Below, one piece after another: positions 13,335 to 27,160 of a stretch of 64,000 nt of DNA. Position 1 is the stretch's first letter. Each line of letters starts with the position of its first letter. The stretch lies in NCBI GenBank assembly GCA_002269645.1, contig NIVC01001216.1:186001-250000 (forward strand), written 5' to 3'. The DNA is from Macrostomum lignano. Taxonomy: Eukaryota. Made by a program: the position numbers and the translations under genes. The notes under the pieces are model-generated. The model did no database searches. It was not told the origin of the DNA and saw nothing but the letters and a program-made list of their open reading frames with translations.

Positions 13335-13815
13335 CCATTTCTAATGTCACACATTCCATTTCTAATGCCACACATTCCATTTTCAATGTCACACATTCCA
13401 TTTTCAATGTCACACATTCCATTTTCAATGTCACACATTCCATTTTCAATGTCACACATTCCATTTTCAATGTCACACATACCATTTTCAATGTCACACA
13501 TTCCATTTTCAATGGCACACATTCCATTTTCAATGTCACACATTCCATTTTCAATGTCACACATTCCATTTTCAATGTCACACATTCCATTTTTAATGTC
13601 ACACATTCCATTTTCAATGTCACACATTCCATTTTCAATGTCACACATTCCATTTTCAATGTCACACATTCCATTTTCAATGCCACATTCCATTTTCAAT
13701 GTCACACATTCCATTTTCAATGCCACATTCCATTTTCAATGTCACACATTCCATTTTCAATGCCACACATTCCATTTTCAATGCCACATTCCATTTTCAA
13801 TGTCACACATTCCAT
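13335..13815 (+). repeat. 21-bp tandem array (AATGTCACACATTCCATTTTC)n
   Basis: Read directly; NVTHSIF periodicity in the ORF track. Confidence 0.95.
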
Positions 13816-14544
13816 TAGAAACAAAGAACGTGACATTTTGAATGTACTGTTGGACATTTGAAGCGGTAAGTTATCTAATAAATAAAACAATTACAATTAG
13901 TAATGACAATAAATTATGATTATAATACGCGTGTGTATTAACAAATGTATACATGCCTAGCTTTGTACCTTGAGTCGTCTGCAGCAATGCTTTTCGTTGA
14001 ACTTTGCCAAAAAGCCCTCGGGAGATTTTAGCTAACAATATCGAGGCGAATTGGCTATAGGCTAGTTAATAAGAGTCGTACACGCTATCGGCTAGTTTTT
14101 TTAAAGGCCTCTTGCCTCTTAACTAGATTGTTCCTGATAATCTGGCCATGGTTGCTAGCACAAATTTAATATGATTTATGGCTTCCTTGAGTGCAGTAGT
14201 GCCGGTCACTAAGCGACTGAGATCTTATTAATTAACCTTTGCCTTGTCCCTATCTTATTTGAGGTGGTTTTTCTTGTGTTAAAGTCGAACATCCGAGAAC
14301 CACTATTCTGTAGTGTAAACCTCGGATTCTAGCGCTTATACTTACTGTTTTAACCTGTTCGTGCGATCAAAGACTGCGTTAATTATAATTATTAGGTTTC
14401 ATTGTGTCTGTGTAGCAATAAATATATATGCGTTATTCATAAGCAACTGGTGGGCTATTTACCATATTCATGTGGCCTCCAGAAATGTATTTCCCTAATT
14501 AGTATTAGAACTAGCTAATTCCCTTAACAACAGAGATAATTCCC

Positions 14545-15040
14545 TTAGCAACCGAACTAGCTACCCTAGCAACCGTACAATTAGCTTTAGCAACCGAACT
14601 AGCTACCCTAGCAACCGTACAATTAGCTTTAGCAACCGAACTAGCTACCCTAGCAACCGTACAATTAGCTTTAGCAACCGAACTAGCTACCCTAGCAACC
14701 GTACAATTAGTATTAGCAACCGAACTAGCTACCCTAGCAACCGTACAATTAGCTAGCTACCCTAGCAACCGTACAATTAGCTTTAGCAACCGAACTAGCT
14801 ACCCTAGCAACCGTACAATTAGCTTTAGCAACCGAACTAGCTACCCTAGCAACCGTACAATTAGCTTTAGCAAGCGAACTAGCTACCCTAGCAACCGTAC
14901 AATTAGTATTAGCAACCGAACTAGCTACCCTAGCAACCGTACAATTAGTATTAGCAACCGAACTAGCTACCCTAGCAACCGTACAATTAGTATTAGCAAC
15001 CGAACTAGCTACCCTAGCAACCCACAATTAGTATTAGCAA
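14545..15040 (+). repeat. 42-bp tandem array (TAGCAACCGAACTAGCTACCCTAGCAACCGTACAATTAGCTT)n
   Basis: Read directly; 14-aa periodicity. Confidence 0.93.
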
Positions 15041-15464
15041 TCGATTATCAAACTAGATTTAATAGTTCAGCCCTCTACGAGTATATGTAATGGAAATCGA
15101 ACAATCCATTGAAATCGGCTTATAAATGAAACTTGATCTTTCTGTTGAATTTTATTCAAGCCAGTTTCTCGCTATTCTCTCCAGCTATTCACTGCACTTA
15201 AAATATTCCGTTCCTTTAATATTTCCCAGCGAATATATTTATCCCTAAGAGGAGTTGCATTTCGCTTTCTAGATCTGTCGATCTGAGAATTCAACTGGAA
15301 TTGTAAACAGATCCCGATGGAAATATTTTCACTGCTAAGTCGTTGGGGTTGTTCTGGTATTGGCTTTTTATATGATCCTTGTGTGGATGTGGCTCTTAAT
15401 TCTAAGCTAAATTTTATATTGTATATCCGCATTTTCTACTTGCTAACTTGTTTGTCTGACTCAT

Positions 15465-16830
15465 TTTCTCTGAAACTGTCTTTGTCTGACTCATTTTATT
15501 TGAAACTGTCTGACTCATTTTCTTGGAAACTAACTGTCTTTGTCTAACTCATTTTCTTGGAAACCGGCTTTGTCTGACTCATTTTATCTGAAACTGATTT
15601 CGTCTGACTCATTTTCTTTGAAACTTTTTTGTCTGACTCATTTTTTCTAAAACTGTCTTTGACTCATTTTCTCTGAAACTGTCTTTGACTCATTTTCTCT
15701 GAAACTGTGTCTTTGTCTGTCTCATTTTCTCTAAAACTGGCTTTGTCTGACTCATTTTTTGAAACTTTTTTTTCTGTCTTATTTTCTCTAAAACTGTCTT
15801 TGTCTGACTCATTTTCTCTGAAACTGTGTTTCTCTGACTCATTTTCTCTAAAACTGTCTTTGTCTGACTCATTTTCTTGGAAACTGGCTTTGTCTGACTC
15901 ATTTTCTTGGAAACTGGGTTTGTCTGACTCATTTTCTCTGAAACTGATTTTGTCTGACTTGTTTTCTTCTAAACTGTCTTTGTCTGACTCATTTTCTTCG
16001 AAACTGTCTGACTCATTTTATTTGAAACTGTCTGACTCATTTTCTTGGAAACTAACTGTCTTTGTCTAACTCATTTTCTCTGAAACTGTCTTTGTCTGAC
16101 TCATTTTCTTGGAAACTGGGTTTGTCTGACTCATTTTCTCTGAAACTGATTTTGTCTGACTTGTTTTCTTCTAAACTGTCTTTGTCTGACTCATTTTCTT
16201 CGAAACTGTCTGACTCATTTTCTTCTAAACTGACTTTGTCTGACTCATTTTCTTCGAAACTGTCTGACTCATTTTCTTCTAAACTGACTTTGTCTGACTC
16301 ATTTTATTTGAAACTGTCTGACTCATTTTATTTGAAACTGTCTGACTCATTTTCTTGGAAACTAACTGTCTTTGTCTAACTCATTTTCTCTGAAACTGTC
16401 TTTGTCTGACTCATTTTCTTGGAAACTGGCTTTGTCTGACTCATTTTCTTGGAAACTGGGTTTGTCTGACTCATTTTCTCTGAAACTGATTTTGTCTGAC
16501 TCATTTTATCTGAATCTGTCTTTGACTCATTTTATCTGAAACTGTTTTGACTCATTTTCTCTGAAACTGATTTTGTCTGACTCATTTTCTTCTAAACTGT
16601 CTTTGTCTGACTCATTTTCTTCGAAACTGTCTGACTCATTTTCTTCGAAACTGTCTGACTCATTTTCTTCGAAACTGTCTGACTCATTTTCTTCTAAACT
16701 GTCTTTGTCTGACTCATTTTCTTTGAAACTGTGTGTGTCTGACTCATTTTCTTGGAAACTGTGTGTGTCTGACTCATTTTCTTGGAAACTGTGTGTGTCT
16801 GACTCATTTTCTCTAAAATGGTGTGTGTCT
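15465..16830 (+). repeat. 24/30-bp tandem array GTCTGACTCATTTTCTCTGAAACT(GTCTTT), containing TGACTCA
   Basis: Read directly; ends about 45 nt before the exon 5 acceptor. Confidence 0.93.
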
Positions 16831-16874
16831 GTCTGTCGCCCTTCAATCACCCCCTTCCCTGCTATTCAATTCAG

Positions 16875-17056
16875 CACCGACGAGTCAGCCACAGAATCAA
16901 TTCTAAAGAGTCTGGAGACGATGGTGTCTCTATGCGGCCGCTTGGGCCTGACAACGCCTCGGGACGCTTTCATCACCGCCATGTGCAAAGCTTCTTTGCC
17001 TGCGGCCTACGCCCTGGCCGTGCTGAGCAGCGCCTCCGTTAGTCAGCATCATAAAG
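16875..17056 (+). CDS. MON2: MON2 exon 5
   Basis: Acceptor ttcag|C, donor AAG|gtgaga. Encodes (S)[11 protein letters not shown]...[24 protein letters not shown]. Confidence 0.94.
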
Positions 17057-17219
17057 GTGAGAGTATATCTTCATCATTATTGTGGTGTACTTGTTGAGCT
17101 CATGTAGAATTTGTTGATTCCGGGCCGCTTTACATCCTGCCTGCGTGAGTGCGTGCTCAGGGATCAGCGGAATGGGCTTAACTGCTCGGCTCCCATTTGG
17201 CTGCCTAACTCTCTAGCTA

Positions 17220-17330
17220 AGGGGTTTTAGCCTAGTGCTAGAGCGTCAGATTCACGACTTGAAGGTCAGGGGTTCGATTCCCGATCCTACTGGAACAATA
17301 TTTGTCCTTGATCAAGGATAGCTTACCTAC
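17220..17330 (+). mobile_element. tRNA-derived SINE head / pseudo-tRNA
   Basis: A-box TAGCCTAGTGCTAG, B-box GGTTCGATTCCC, followed by TGTCCTTGATCAAG; acceptor stem does not close. Confidence 0.6.
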
Positions 17331-17430
17331 TAGGTAGAGATTAGGTAGAGAGGTTGACTCAACTGACTAACTGAATAACTAACCGCCGGCATTGCTAATC
17401 TACTCTCTGCCTTGTCCAACTCCACATCAG

Positions 17431-17993
17431 GCTCTTCAGCCGGCCAGTCGTCGTCTTCCACGTTTGCTGCGGCAAATATTCAAGCAGCCACGGCGGGAGC
17501 CGCAGCCACAGCTTCGTCTGCGGCATTGGCTGCGGCTGATTTAACGCCGTCTCGCGAGTTCAACCAGGTTGTGGTGGTCGGCCCGGCCCTGCCCACGCCC
17601 GGCCTGAGCTCCGGTTCGGCCGCGGTCGAGCTCGGCAAAGTGCACCTGACTGCTAAGAATATGCAGTGCATGAGGGCCATATTGAGCGTGGCGCATTGTC
17701 ATGGCGCTATACTGGGCACAGCTTGGCACCTGTTGCTGACCACACTGCAGCACCTGACCTGGGTTCTGGGCTTGAAACCGGTCTCTGGTGGCAGCCTGGT
17801 GCACGCTAAAGGTTCAGGCGAGAGCGGCACGGTGGTCACTACCGCTGTGGTAGCTGATCTCGCAGTGCTTTCTAGCATGCTGAGCAGGCTGTTTGAGAGC
17901 TCACAATTCCTGGACGATGTGGCTCTGCATCACCTGATATCGGCTCTGTGCAAGCTGTCTATGGAGGCTATGCAATTGGCCTCTGCTAATAAG
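17431..17993 (+). CDS. MON2: MON2 exon 6
   Basis: Acceptor catcag|GC, donor AAG|gtattt. Encodes [27 protein letters not shown]...[31 protein letters not shown]. Confidence 0.94.
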
Positions 17994-18134
17994 GTATTTC
18001 AAGCTTTGTAATGTCTTGTTAAAAAAGTCGCATTTGTTGTGTATGTTGCGTCTGGCATATTTATCGCCTGTAGTGTTTGTTTGTTCTGAAAGCTCTTTTG
18101 CTGACTTATTTTCTCTGTAAGACTCTGGTGATAT

Positions 18135-20695
18135 TATCTAGAATAGTCTATGGACTGGCTCAGGCCTCAAATTGTCCAGAATAGTCTATGGACTGACTCA
18201 AGCCTCAAATTGTCCAGAATACTCTATGGACTGACTCAAGCCTCAAATTGTCCAGAATGCTCTATGGACTGACTCAAGCCTCAAATTGTCCAGAATAGTC
18301 TATGGACTGACTCAAGCCTCAAATTGTCCAGAATAGTCCATGGACTGGCTCAAGCCTCAAATTGTCCAGAATGCTCTATGGACTGACTCAAGCCTCAAAT
18401 TGTCCAGAATAGTCTATGGACTGACTCAAGCCTCAAATTGTCCAGAATAGTCCATGGACTGGCTCAAGCCTCAAATTGTCCAGAATGCTCTATGGACTGA
18501 CTCAAGCCTCAAATTGTCCAGAATAGTCTATGGACTGACTCAAGCCTCAAATTGTCCAGAATAGTCCATGGACTGACTAAAGCCTCAAATTGTCCAGAAT
18601 AGTCTATGGACTGACTCAAGCCTCAAATTGTCCAGAATAGTCTATGGACTGACTCAAGCCTCAAATTGTCCAGAATGCTCTATGGACTGGCTCAAGCCTC
18701 AAATTGTCCAGAATGCTCTATGGACTGACTCAAGCCTCAAATTGTCCAGAATAGTCTATGGACTGACTCAAGCCTCAAATTGTCCAGAATAGTCTATGGA
18801 CTGACTCAAGCCTCAAATTGTCCAGAATGCTCTATGGACTGGCTCAAGCCTCAAATTGTCCAGAATAGTCCATGGACTGACTCAAGCCTCAAATTGTCCA
18901 GAATGCTCTATGGACTGACTCAAGCCTCATATTGTCCAGAATAGTCCATGGACTGGCCCAAGCCTCAAATTGTCCAGAATGCTCTATGGACTGGCCCAAG
19001 CCTCAAATTGTCCAGAATACTCTGGCTGACTCAAGCCTCAAATTGTCCAGAATAGTCTATGGACTGACTCAAGCCTCAAATTGTCCAGAATGCTCTATGG
19101 ACTGGCTCAAGCCTCAAATTGTCCAGAATAGTCCATGGACTGACTCAAGCCTCAAATTGTCCAGAATGCTCTATGGACTGACTCAAGCCTCATATTGTCC
19201 AGAATAGTCCATGGACTGGCCCAAGCCTCAAATTGTCCAGAATGCTCTATGGACTGGCCCAAGCCTCAAATTGTCCAGAATACTCTGGCTGACTCAAGCC
19301 TCAAATTGTCTAGAATGCTCTATGGTTGACTCAAGCCTCAAATTGTCCAGAATAGTCTATGGACTGACTCAAGCCTCAAATTGTCCAGAATGCTCTATGG
19401 ACTGGCTCAAGCCTCAAATTGTCCAGAATAGTCCATGGACTGACTCAAGCCTCAAATTGTCCAGAATGCTCTATGGACTGACTCAAGCCTCATATTGTCC
19501 AGAATACTCTATGGCTGACTCAAGCCTCAAATTGTCCAGAATGCTCTATGGTTGACTCAAGCCTCAAATTGTCCAGAATAGTCCATGGACTGACTCAAGC
19601 CTCAAATTGTCCAGAATGCTCTATGGTTGACTCAAGCCTCAAATTGTCCAGAATAGTCCATGGACTGACTCAAGCCCCAAATTGTCCAGAATGCTCTATG
19701 GACTGACTCAAGCCTCATATTGTCCAGAATACTCTATGGACTGGCCCAAGCCTCAAATTGTCCAGAATAGTCTATGGACTGACTCAAGCCTCAAATTGTC
19801 CAGAATACTCTGGCTGACTCAAGCCTCAAATTGTCTAGAATGCTCTATGGTTGACTCAAGCCTCAAATTGTCCAGAATAGTCTATGGACTGACTCAAGCC
19901 TCAAATTGTCCAGAATGCTCTATGGCTGACTCAAGCTTCAAATAGTCTAGAATGTTCTATGGTTGACTCAAGCCTCATATTGTCCAGAATACTCTATGGA
20001 CTGGCCCAAGCCTCAAATTGTCCAGAATACTCTATGGCTGACTCAAGCCTCAAATTGTCCAGAATAGTCCATGGACTGACTCAAGCCTCAAATTGTCCAG
20101 AATAGTCTATGGACTGACTCAAGCCTCATATTGTCCAGAATACTCTATGGCTGACTCAAGCCTCAAATTGTCCAGAATGCTCTATGGTTGACTCAAGCCT
20201 CAAATTGTCCAGAATAGTCCATGGACTGACTCAAGCCTCAAATTGTCCAGAATGCTCTATGGTTGACTCAAGCCTCAAATTGTCCAGAATAGTCCATGGA
20301 CTGACTCAAGCCCCAAATTGTCCAGAATGCTCTATGGACTGACTCAAGCCTCATATTGTCCAGAATACTCTATGGACTGGCCCAAGCCTCAAATTGTCCA
20401 GAATACTCTGGCTGACTCAAGCCTCAAATTGTCTAGAATGCTCTATGGTTGACTCAAGCCTCAAATTGTCCAGAATACTCTATGGACTGGCCCAAGCCTC
20501 AAATTGTCCAGAATACTCTATGGCTGACTCAAGCTTCAAATAGTCTAGAATGCTCTATGGTTGACTCAAGCCTCATATTGTCCAGAATACTCTATGGACT
20601 GGCCCAAGCCTCAAATTGTCCAGAATACTCTATGGCTGACTCAAGCCTCAAATTGTCTAGAATGCTCTATGGTTGACTCAAGCCTCATACTGCCT
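18135..20695 (+). repeat. 38-bp tandem array (CTATGGACTGACTCAAGCCTCAAATTGTCCAGAATAGT)n, about 2.5 kb
   Basis: Read directly; 38-nt period. Confidence 0.97.
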
Positions 20696-21919
20696 ATAGT
20701 ACTAGCTTTTCTAACTTTAATTGCCACATGAAATATTGCCACACGGAAAGCAATTAGAAAATTTATGGCATCAAAATCGGATCATAAATAATCATGGTTT
20801 TACCGATTCGGCGCTAAGTGTGTGCGATGTGGGACTCTACGTAAATGCCATCACGTGAATTGATAAATTTTCCATTTAGATTAATCTCCAACTGCCTAGT
20901 GATAGACGTAGCTTACAGCAGTTCCGCAAATTGAGCAAGAGCAATCCACTTATTTCCATTTGTAAAATATAATGCAGCGAAATTCAATTCCTACCTACGG
21001 GCTATATATGGTTCGTTGCCTTTTCAGATATTTTTTTTTGATTTTTAATTGCCAATTTCTCCTGTTATCGAATTAAATAGATATTTGCTCTAGCTGCACG
21101 TCAACAGTACATTGTCCCTTAATGCTGTTTATCTGAGGTTTTAACTTAATAAAATCCAATTTCACTGCATCACTTGTATGTGCCTGTGTGGCTATTCGCA
21201 AAGATTTTTTCCCAATATTTTATACGCTATCTGTGTTCCGTTCGACCATAGACTACGTAACGGCAATTCTCCAGCTTATATACAAAATACCATCTGATTC
21301 CCTACCCTTAATGTACATGTACACCCTAGAGTTTTCTGCCCCCTCCCAATGTACACTCTAATTCTCTACCCCCAATCTACAGTCTTGAATTCTCTACCCT
21401 CCCCCAATGTACAGACCCTTATATTTTCTGCCCCTAATGTACACCCTTAAATTGTCTCTCCCCAGTGTACATCCTTAGATTCTCTACCTTAAATGTACAC
21501 TTCTAGCTGCGCATTTTATCAAGCAACTTAAAGCCCAAACATCCAAAAATCTTTTAAAAGTCCATGGAAGCTTAAGCATCAAATAGAATGCGTGGGCCGA
21601 TTTATTGCCAGAGCATTGATGTAACTACAGCAGCACAAATAACAGGCTTTGTGTAGCAATATCACTTTTGTTTCTATTCAGCCCTTTTTTCCTCACTGCC
21701 CCCACATTTATTCAAATTTGTCAATCCGATTTTGTAAAACCAAATATAGATGAGGAGGAAATTCTAATGACACTTCTGTTTCTCAAAAAGCTGCTTTTTT
21801 AAATTGAAATTAATTGGACAAACTACTATAGATTGAATGCGTATGTCCTAAGAGTGAACCACAAAAGTGGTGTGTCCACAAAAGTTTAAAGCAAATATCT
21901 AGGAATATAAAACACATTC

Positions 21920-22275
21920 CGTGTCCAGAGATATAAAACACACGTGTCCAGAGATATAAAACACACGTGTCCAGAGAAATAAAACACACGTGTCCAGAGA
22001 TATAAAACACACGTGTCCAGAAATATAAAACACACGTGTCCAGATATATAAAACACACGTGTCCAGATATATAAAACACACGTGTCCAGATATATAAAAC
22101 ACACGTGTCCAGATATATAAAACACACGTGTCCAGAGATATAAAACACACGTGTCCAGAAATATAAAACACACGTGTCTAGAGATATAAAACAAACATGT
22201 CCAGAGGTATAAAAAACACGTGTCCAGAGATTTAAAATACGCGTGTCCAGAGATATAAAACACGTGTCCAGAACA
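21920..22275 (+). repeat. 23-bp tandem array (GTGTCCAGAGATATAAAACACAC)n forming CACGTG at unit junctions
   Basis: Read directly. Confidence 0.92.
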
Positions 22276-22779
22276 GTGTTTCGTAGTTCTGGAAAAGTAA
22301 AACACACGTTTGCAGACATACACAACAAACGTGTCCAGTGATCTAGAACACATGTGTCCGGAGATCTAAGACGTGTTCAGAACTCTCAAAGTCTTGTCCG
22401 GGGACCTAAGCCATTAGGAAATATGTGTCCTGATTTTTCGCTTTTTTATTTTGCTCATCAGTTTTTATGTATGATCAGCAGGATTCGGATGGAATGATGA
22501 GAAAACATAAGGATCATAAAGCTAATAAAAGCGGATGTCGCATATCCCTTCTTTACAGTGTAATTGCAGATGTGCATAGGGAATCAGCAAAATTTTATCT
22601 TTGGCGTGTTGTCATGCGGGACTCAAATGTTTTCCCCACATCTGGATTCCTTTCTGGATAATATACAAGCGTAATAAAAACATAACTAAAAGTAAAAAAC
22701 CTTATATATAAATGAATGAGTTCATATTTACCTTTATTTGCGCCATTTTATTTGAGATAGGGTTTCTGCTTTTTGAGTT

Positions 22780-22975
22780 GGGAATCTATTTCATTTAAGA
22801 TGGGTGCCATTTCATTTGAGTTGGGCTGCCGTTTCATTTAAGATAGGGTGCCATTTCATTTGAGTTGGGCTGCCGTTTCATTTAAGATGGGGTGCCATTT
22901 CATTTAAGTTGGGCTGCCGTTTCATTTGAGTTGGGCTGCCGTTTTATTTGAGATGGGGCGCCATTTTATTTGAGA
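22780..22975 (+). repeat. About 22/44-bp tandem array (TTTCATTTGAGTTGGGCTGCCG / TTTCATTTAAGATGGGGTGCCA)
   Basis: Read directly. Confidence 0.8.
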
Positions 22976-23027
22976 GGATCATTATTATTTTCAATAACAA
23001 TGCTTAGCTTCTGTGCGGCGTGTGACA

Positions 23028-23352
23028 AAAGTCAAGGTCAGTCAAGGTCAGACTAGGTCAGTCAAGGTCAGACTAGGGTAGTCAAGGTCAGACTAGGTCA
23101 GTCAAGGTCAGACTAGGGCAGTCAAGGTCAGACTAGGTCAGTCAAGGTCAGACTAGGGCAGTCAAGGTCAGACTAGGTCAGTCAAGGTCAGACTAGGGCA
23201 GTCAAGGTCAGACTAGGTCAGTCAAGGTCCGACTAGGTCAGTCAAGGTCAGACTAGGTCAGTCAAGGTCAGACTAAGCCAGTCAAGGTCAGACTAGGGCA
23301 GTCAAGGTCAGACTAGGTCAGTCAAGGTCAAAGTCAAGGTCAAAGTCAAGGT
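23028..23352 (+). repeat. 20-bp tandem array (GTCAAGGTCAGACTAGG(T/G)CA)n
   Basis: Read directly. Confidence 0.95.
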
Positions 23353-24440
23353 CTTGATAACAGCTGGAACAGAGTCTCAGGAGTCACAAGGTGCGCCTCT
23401 GGACTGCGCCGCTGACCAAATCTGGCAGTTTGTCGAAACAAAATGGCGCTACAAGTCTCTTAGACGGTCGAAATGAAATCTTTCTAGAAAAATAATAAAT
23501 GGTCTGTCCGGCAATGATGGGTGAACAGTTAATATTAATAACTGATAACAAATAATAGCAGAACAACAAAACTGCTCTCCCCGTAGAAGACCTTTTGCGT
23601 CAGCAAAGCCTCTAATTCGAGAAAAAAACAAAGAAAATGAAAAAAGGCAACAAAATTAGCTGTGGAAACAAGTAGAAGCCAATACGCCTATCTGCTATCA
23701 GCTCTAGTTGATTTTGTTTGTGCTGTCTTGCCACATAGCCGACACAGCGGCGTCATCTCTAGGATATCGAATGACTCAAAGAATTTCTACTGCAGCTATG
23801 CACTTTCAGCCTGACTTTCCCTCCCCATCTACCTTTCCCTCCCCTCTCACCCTTCATCTCTCAACCCCCTTTAATCTCTTTCTCCCATCTCATCTCTCTG
23901 CTTTATTCAATCTTCTAATTTCTCTCCCTCTCTTATATCCGTCTCTGCCTCTCCCTCTGATCTATCTCCCTCTCCTCCTCCTTCCCTTCTCCCCCCATCT
24001 CTCTGCCTCTAATCTCTCTCTCTCTCTTTTCCCTTAAACAGCTGTGTTACCGCGCCAGTGCTCGTGATTTGGATTTGTGGACTCTTCCCTTTCTCTCTCT
24101 CCCTCTGTCCCTCTCTGTCTGTCTCTACTTCTTTACTTTTCGCCCTTAGGAAGCATTTTGTAATCTGAAAGTCTAGCAAGCATAGCTTAATTTATAGTGA
24201 CTCTTCTCTCTTTGGTTGTCTTCGCACATTTACCGCGTCAGAAGCGCTTTTTGGATTAGGGAGTAGAGTGATGCGTCCTGTCTCTCTGTTCCTTGATTTT
24301 TTTCTCCGTTCTCATCTATCCAAAATCCAAAAATTTTCTGTTGAATACCGCGTGTCTCTGTGTTTAAAGTAAAATGTCATAGTGTACAGTGCATGCAGCT
24401 ATGCTACATAGTATGCAACCGGCATCCCCCTCTAACACAG

Positions 24441-24542
24441 GAGCCTTCACTATTCGCCGTGGCCAAACTGCAAGAGACCGGCTTAGTGAATTTGAAACGC
24501 ATGGAAGTACTGTGGAAGCCTGTAACGCATCACCTGCTTGAG
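24441..24542 (+). CDS. MON2: MON2 exon 7
   Basis: Acceptor acacag|GAG, donor GAG|gtaagc, 102 nt. Encodes [34 protein letters not shown]. Confidence 0.94.
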
Positions 24543-25164
24543 GTAAGCAAATTTATTAATAATGTATGTACACATGTACTAGCTTTTTGTACTGTCAACA
24601 ATTTGACTATAGTTTATACAGTCTCTCTCTGTTGCTTAAAGCTTTACATGGATATATATGCTCATGCAAAGTGCGCTCAGCTTAGTAAATAGCTAGCCAA
24701 ACAATTGCTATGTCAGGCGGGCAGATGGCACTCAGTCGCCTATTCAGCAACTGTATGAGTTAGGCCCATTATTTTGAAAAAATGCATTCTTAAAACAGTC
24801 TGCAGTCTGCTTGTCAGTTTGTTGTTGACCCATTGATGGATAGAGTGCTGGGTCAACCATCTGTGAGCGATTTTGCGTCTTCAATATTTAACAGAGTCAC
24901 TTTAAAGATTTGAAGAGACATTTTAAGTGGCACTAAATGACTTGCAGTGACTATAAGACGTTGAACTGTTATGAGAATTACCTCGTATAAGTGGTACTGG
25001 AGTTCATGTAATATAGCAGTTCCAGACTTTAAGTGACAATAAAGCTCGGTAGGGTGACAACATAGTCTCGGAGATCGGAGTGACAAAAAGAGTCTCAGAG
25101 TGACAGAAAAGGCCTTAGAGTGACATAATGAATCTCGGAGTGAAAAAAAGAGCTCGGGTGACAC

Positions 25165-25960
25165 TAATAGGTTTGGGGTGATAGAAAGAGTTTCGAAGTG
25201 ACACTAATAGTCATGGAGTGACACTAATAGTCTCGGAGTGACACTAATAGTCTTGGAGTGACACTAATAGTCTTGGAGTGACACTAATAGTCTCGGAGTG
25301 ACACTAATAGTCTCGGAGTGACACTAATAGTCTTGGAGTGACACTAATAGTCTCGGAGTGACACTAATAGTCTCGGAGTGACACTAATAGTCTCGGAGTG
25401 ACACTAATAGTCTCGGAGTGACACTAATAGTCTCGGAGTGACACTAATAGTCTCGGAGTGACACTAATAGTCTCGGAGTGACACTAATGATCTTGGAGTG
25501 ACACTAATAGTCTCGGAGTGACACTCATAGTCTCGGAGTGACACTAGTAGTCTCTAAATGCCAAAAATGTCTCGGAGTGACACTAATGGTCTTTGAGTGA
25601 CAGAATGAGTCTCGGAGTGACACTAATGGTCTTTGAGTGACAGAAAGAGTTTTAGGGTGAGATGAAAGAGTCTCAGACAGACAGAAGAAAAAGTCTTACA
25701 GTGACAGAATAAGTTTCAGAGTGACACTAACGTATTGGAGTGACACTAATCGTCTTGGAGTGATAGAAAAATGGTCGGAGTGACACTAATAGTCTCAGAG
25801 TAACATAAAGAGCTCGGGAGTGACATTAATACTCTTGGAGTGACAGAAAAAAGTCTTAAAGTGACAGAATGAGTCTCGGGGTGTCAGAAATAATTCGGAG
25901 TGACACTCACTAGTCTCAGAGTGCTAAAAGGAGTCTTAGAAATGTCTCGGAGTGATACTA
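25165..25960 (+). repeat. 20-bp tandem array (GTGACACTAATAGTCTCGGA)n with degenerate flanks
   Basis: Read directly. Confidence 0.92.
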
Positions 25961-26529
25961 ATCGCTTCGTAGTGACAGAGTTTTAGACATGGCAAAAAAT
26001 AGTCTAAGAAGTGACAGAATAAGCCATAGTTGGAAATTTAGAATGAGAGGACACTCGTATAGTTTTATTTGAGTTTTAGCTGGTAACCAAAACTGCTGTA
26101 ATATAAACTTTAAAGTGTAAATGCTAGTTCTAGCGTAACTTATTAGATATGGGCAAGTTGGCTCTCGGCCTAATCAGCATATCCCTGAGCAGTCTTTGAG
26201 CTAATCAGGTTAAACTCTGAGAGATTTTAGCTAGCTATATTGCCTACAACCGCCGATAAGATCCGGTATCTCGTGACTTTAAAAATCTTCTCCCGCGATC
26301 CTATACGAGCTTGCCCTTTTCCGTGTCACGCATCTGTCTAAAGCTTTTTTTACCGCTTGCCGATGGTTTGTGTCTCTCTGACTATGTCCCATGCTTATAT
26401 TGTGTTTATTATCACAGCTAAATATCCAATTTAAGACTATACTTGTCTCCTAGTGTCTCTTAGATCTTATTCCAATTATTAACACTTTTTTCTGTTTTAG
26501 ATGCTTTTAGATGCTATTTGCTTATTGAT

Positions 26530-27160
26530 CGCTGGTTTCTTTCTCATCAGCTCTCTTCTGTTCTCTCTCATCTTCTCCTCTCTTCCCCTTCTCTCTCCTC
26601 TCCACTCTCCTCTCTCCCCTTTATCTTCTCTCCTCTCTCATATCTCCCCTATTATCTCATCTTATCTACTCTCTCCTCTCCCACACTTTATCTCCTCTCT
26701 CCCCTTTTATCCCCTCTTTCCCCTCTTCTCTCTCCCTTTTTATCTCCTCTCTATCTCCTCTCCCCCTATATCTCCTCTCCCGCTTTATCTCCTCTTCCCC
26801 TTTATCTCCTCTCTCCCATCTCCTCTCTCTCTTTTATCTCCTCTCCTCTCCCACGCTTTATCTCTCTACCCTTTTATCTCATCTGTCCCCTCTCCTCTCT
26901 CCCATTTTATCTCCTCTCCTCTGCCCCCTCTCCCCTTTTATCTCCTCTCTCTCTCACCTATCCGATTTCCCCATTTCTCCTCTCCGTCTCCCCTCTCCTC
27001 TTCCCTTATGTCTCCTCCCCTCTCTCCCCCTTTTTTCCCTAGCCTCTCCTCCTTTTCTCTTATCTCATCCCTCTCTTTTCTCCCCTCCCTCTTCTCTTCC
27101 TTCTCTCCTTTTTTCTCCTATCTCCCACATCTACTCTGTCCTCTCCTCTCTTCCTCTCTT
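26530..27160 (+). repeat. CT-rich low-complexity tract (similar tracts at about 23790-24140 and 30940-31120)
   Basis: Read directly. Confidence 0.85.

Noticed and set aside
17220-17300. Functional tRNA gene
   Set aside because: A- and B-boxes present, but acceptor and anticodon stems do not pair properly and a SINE-like tail follows; treated as a SINE head.
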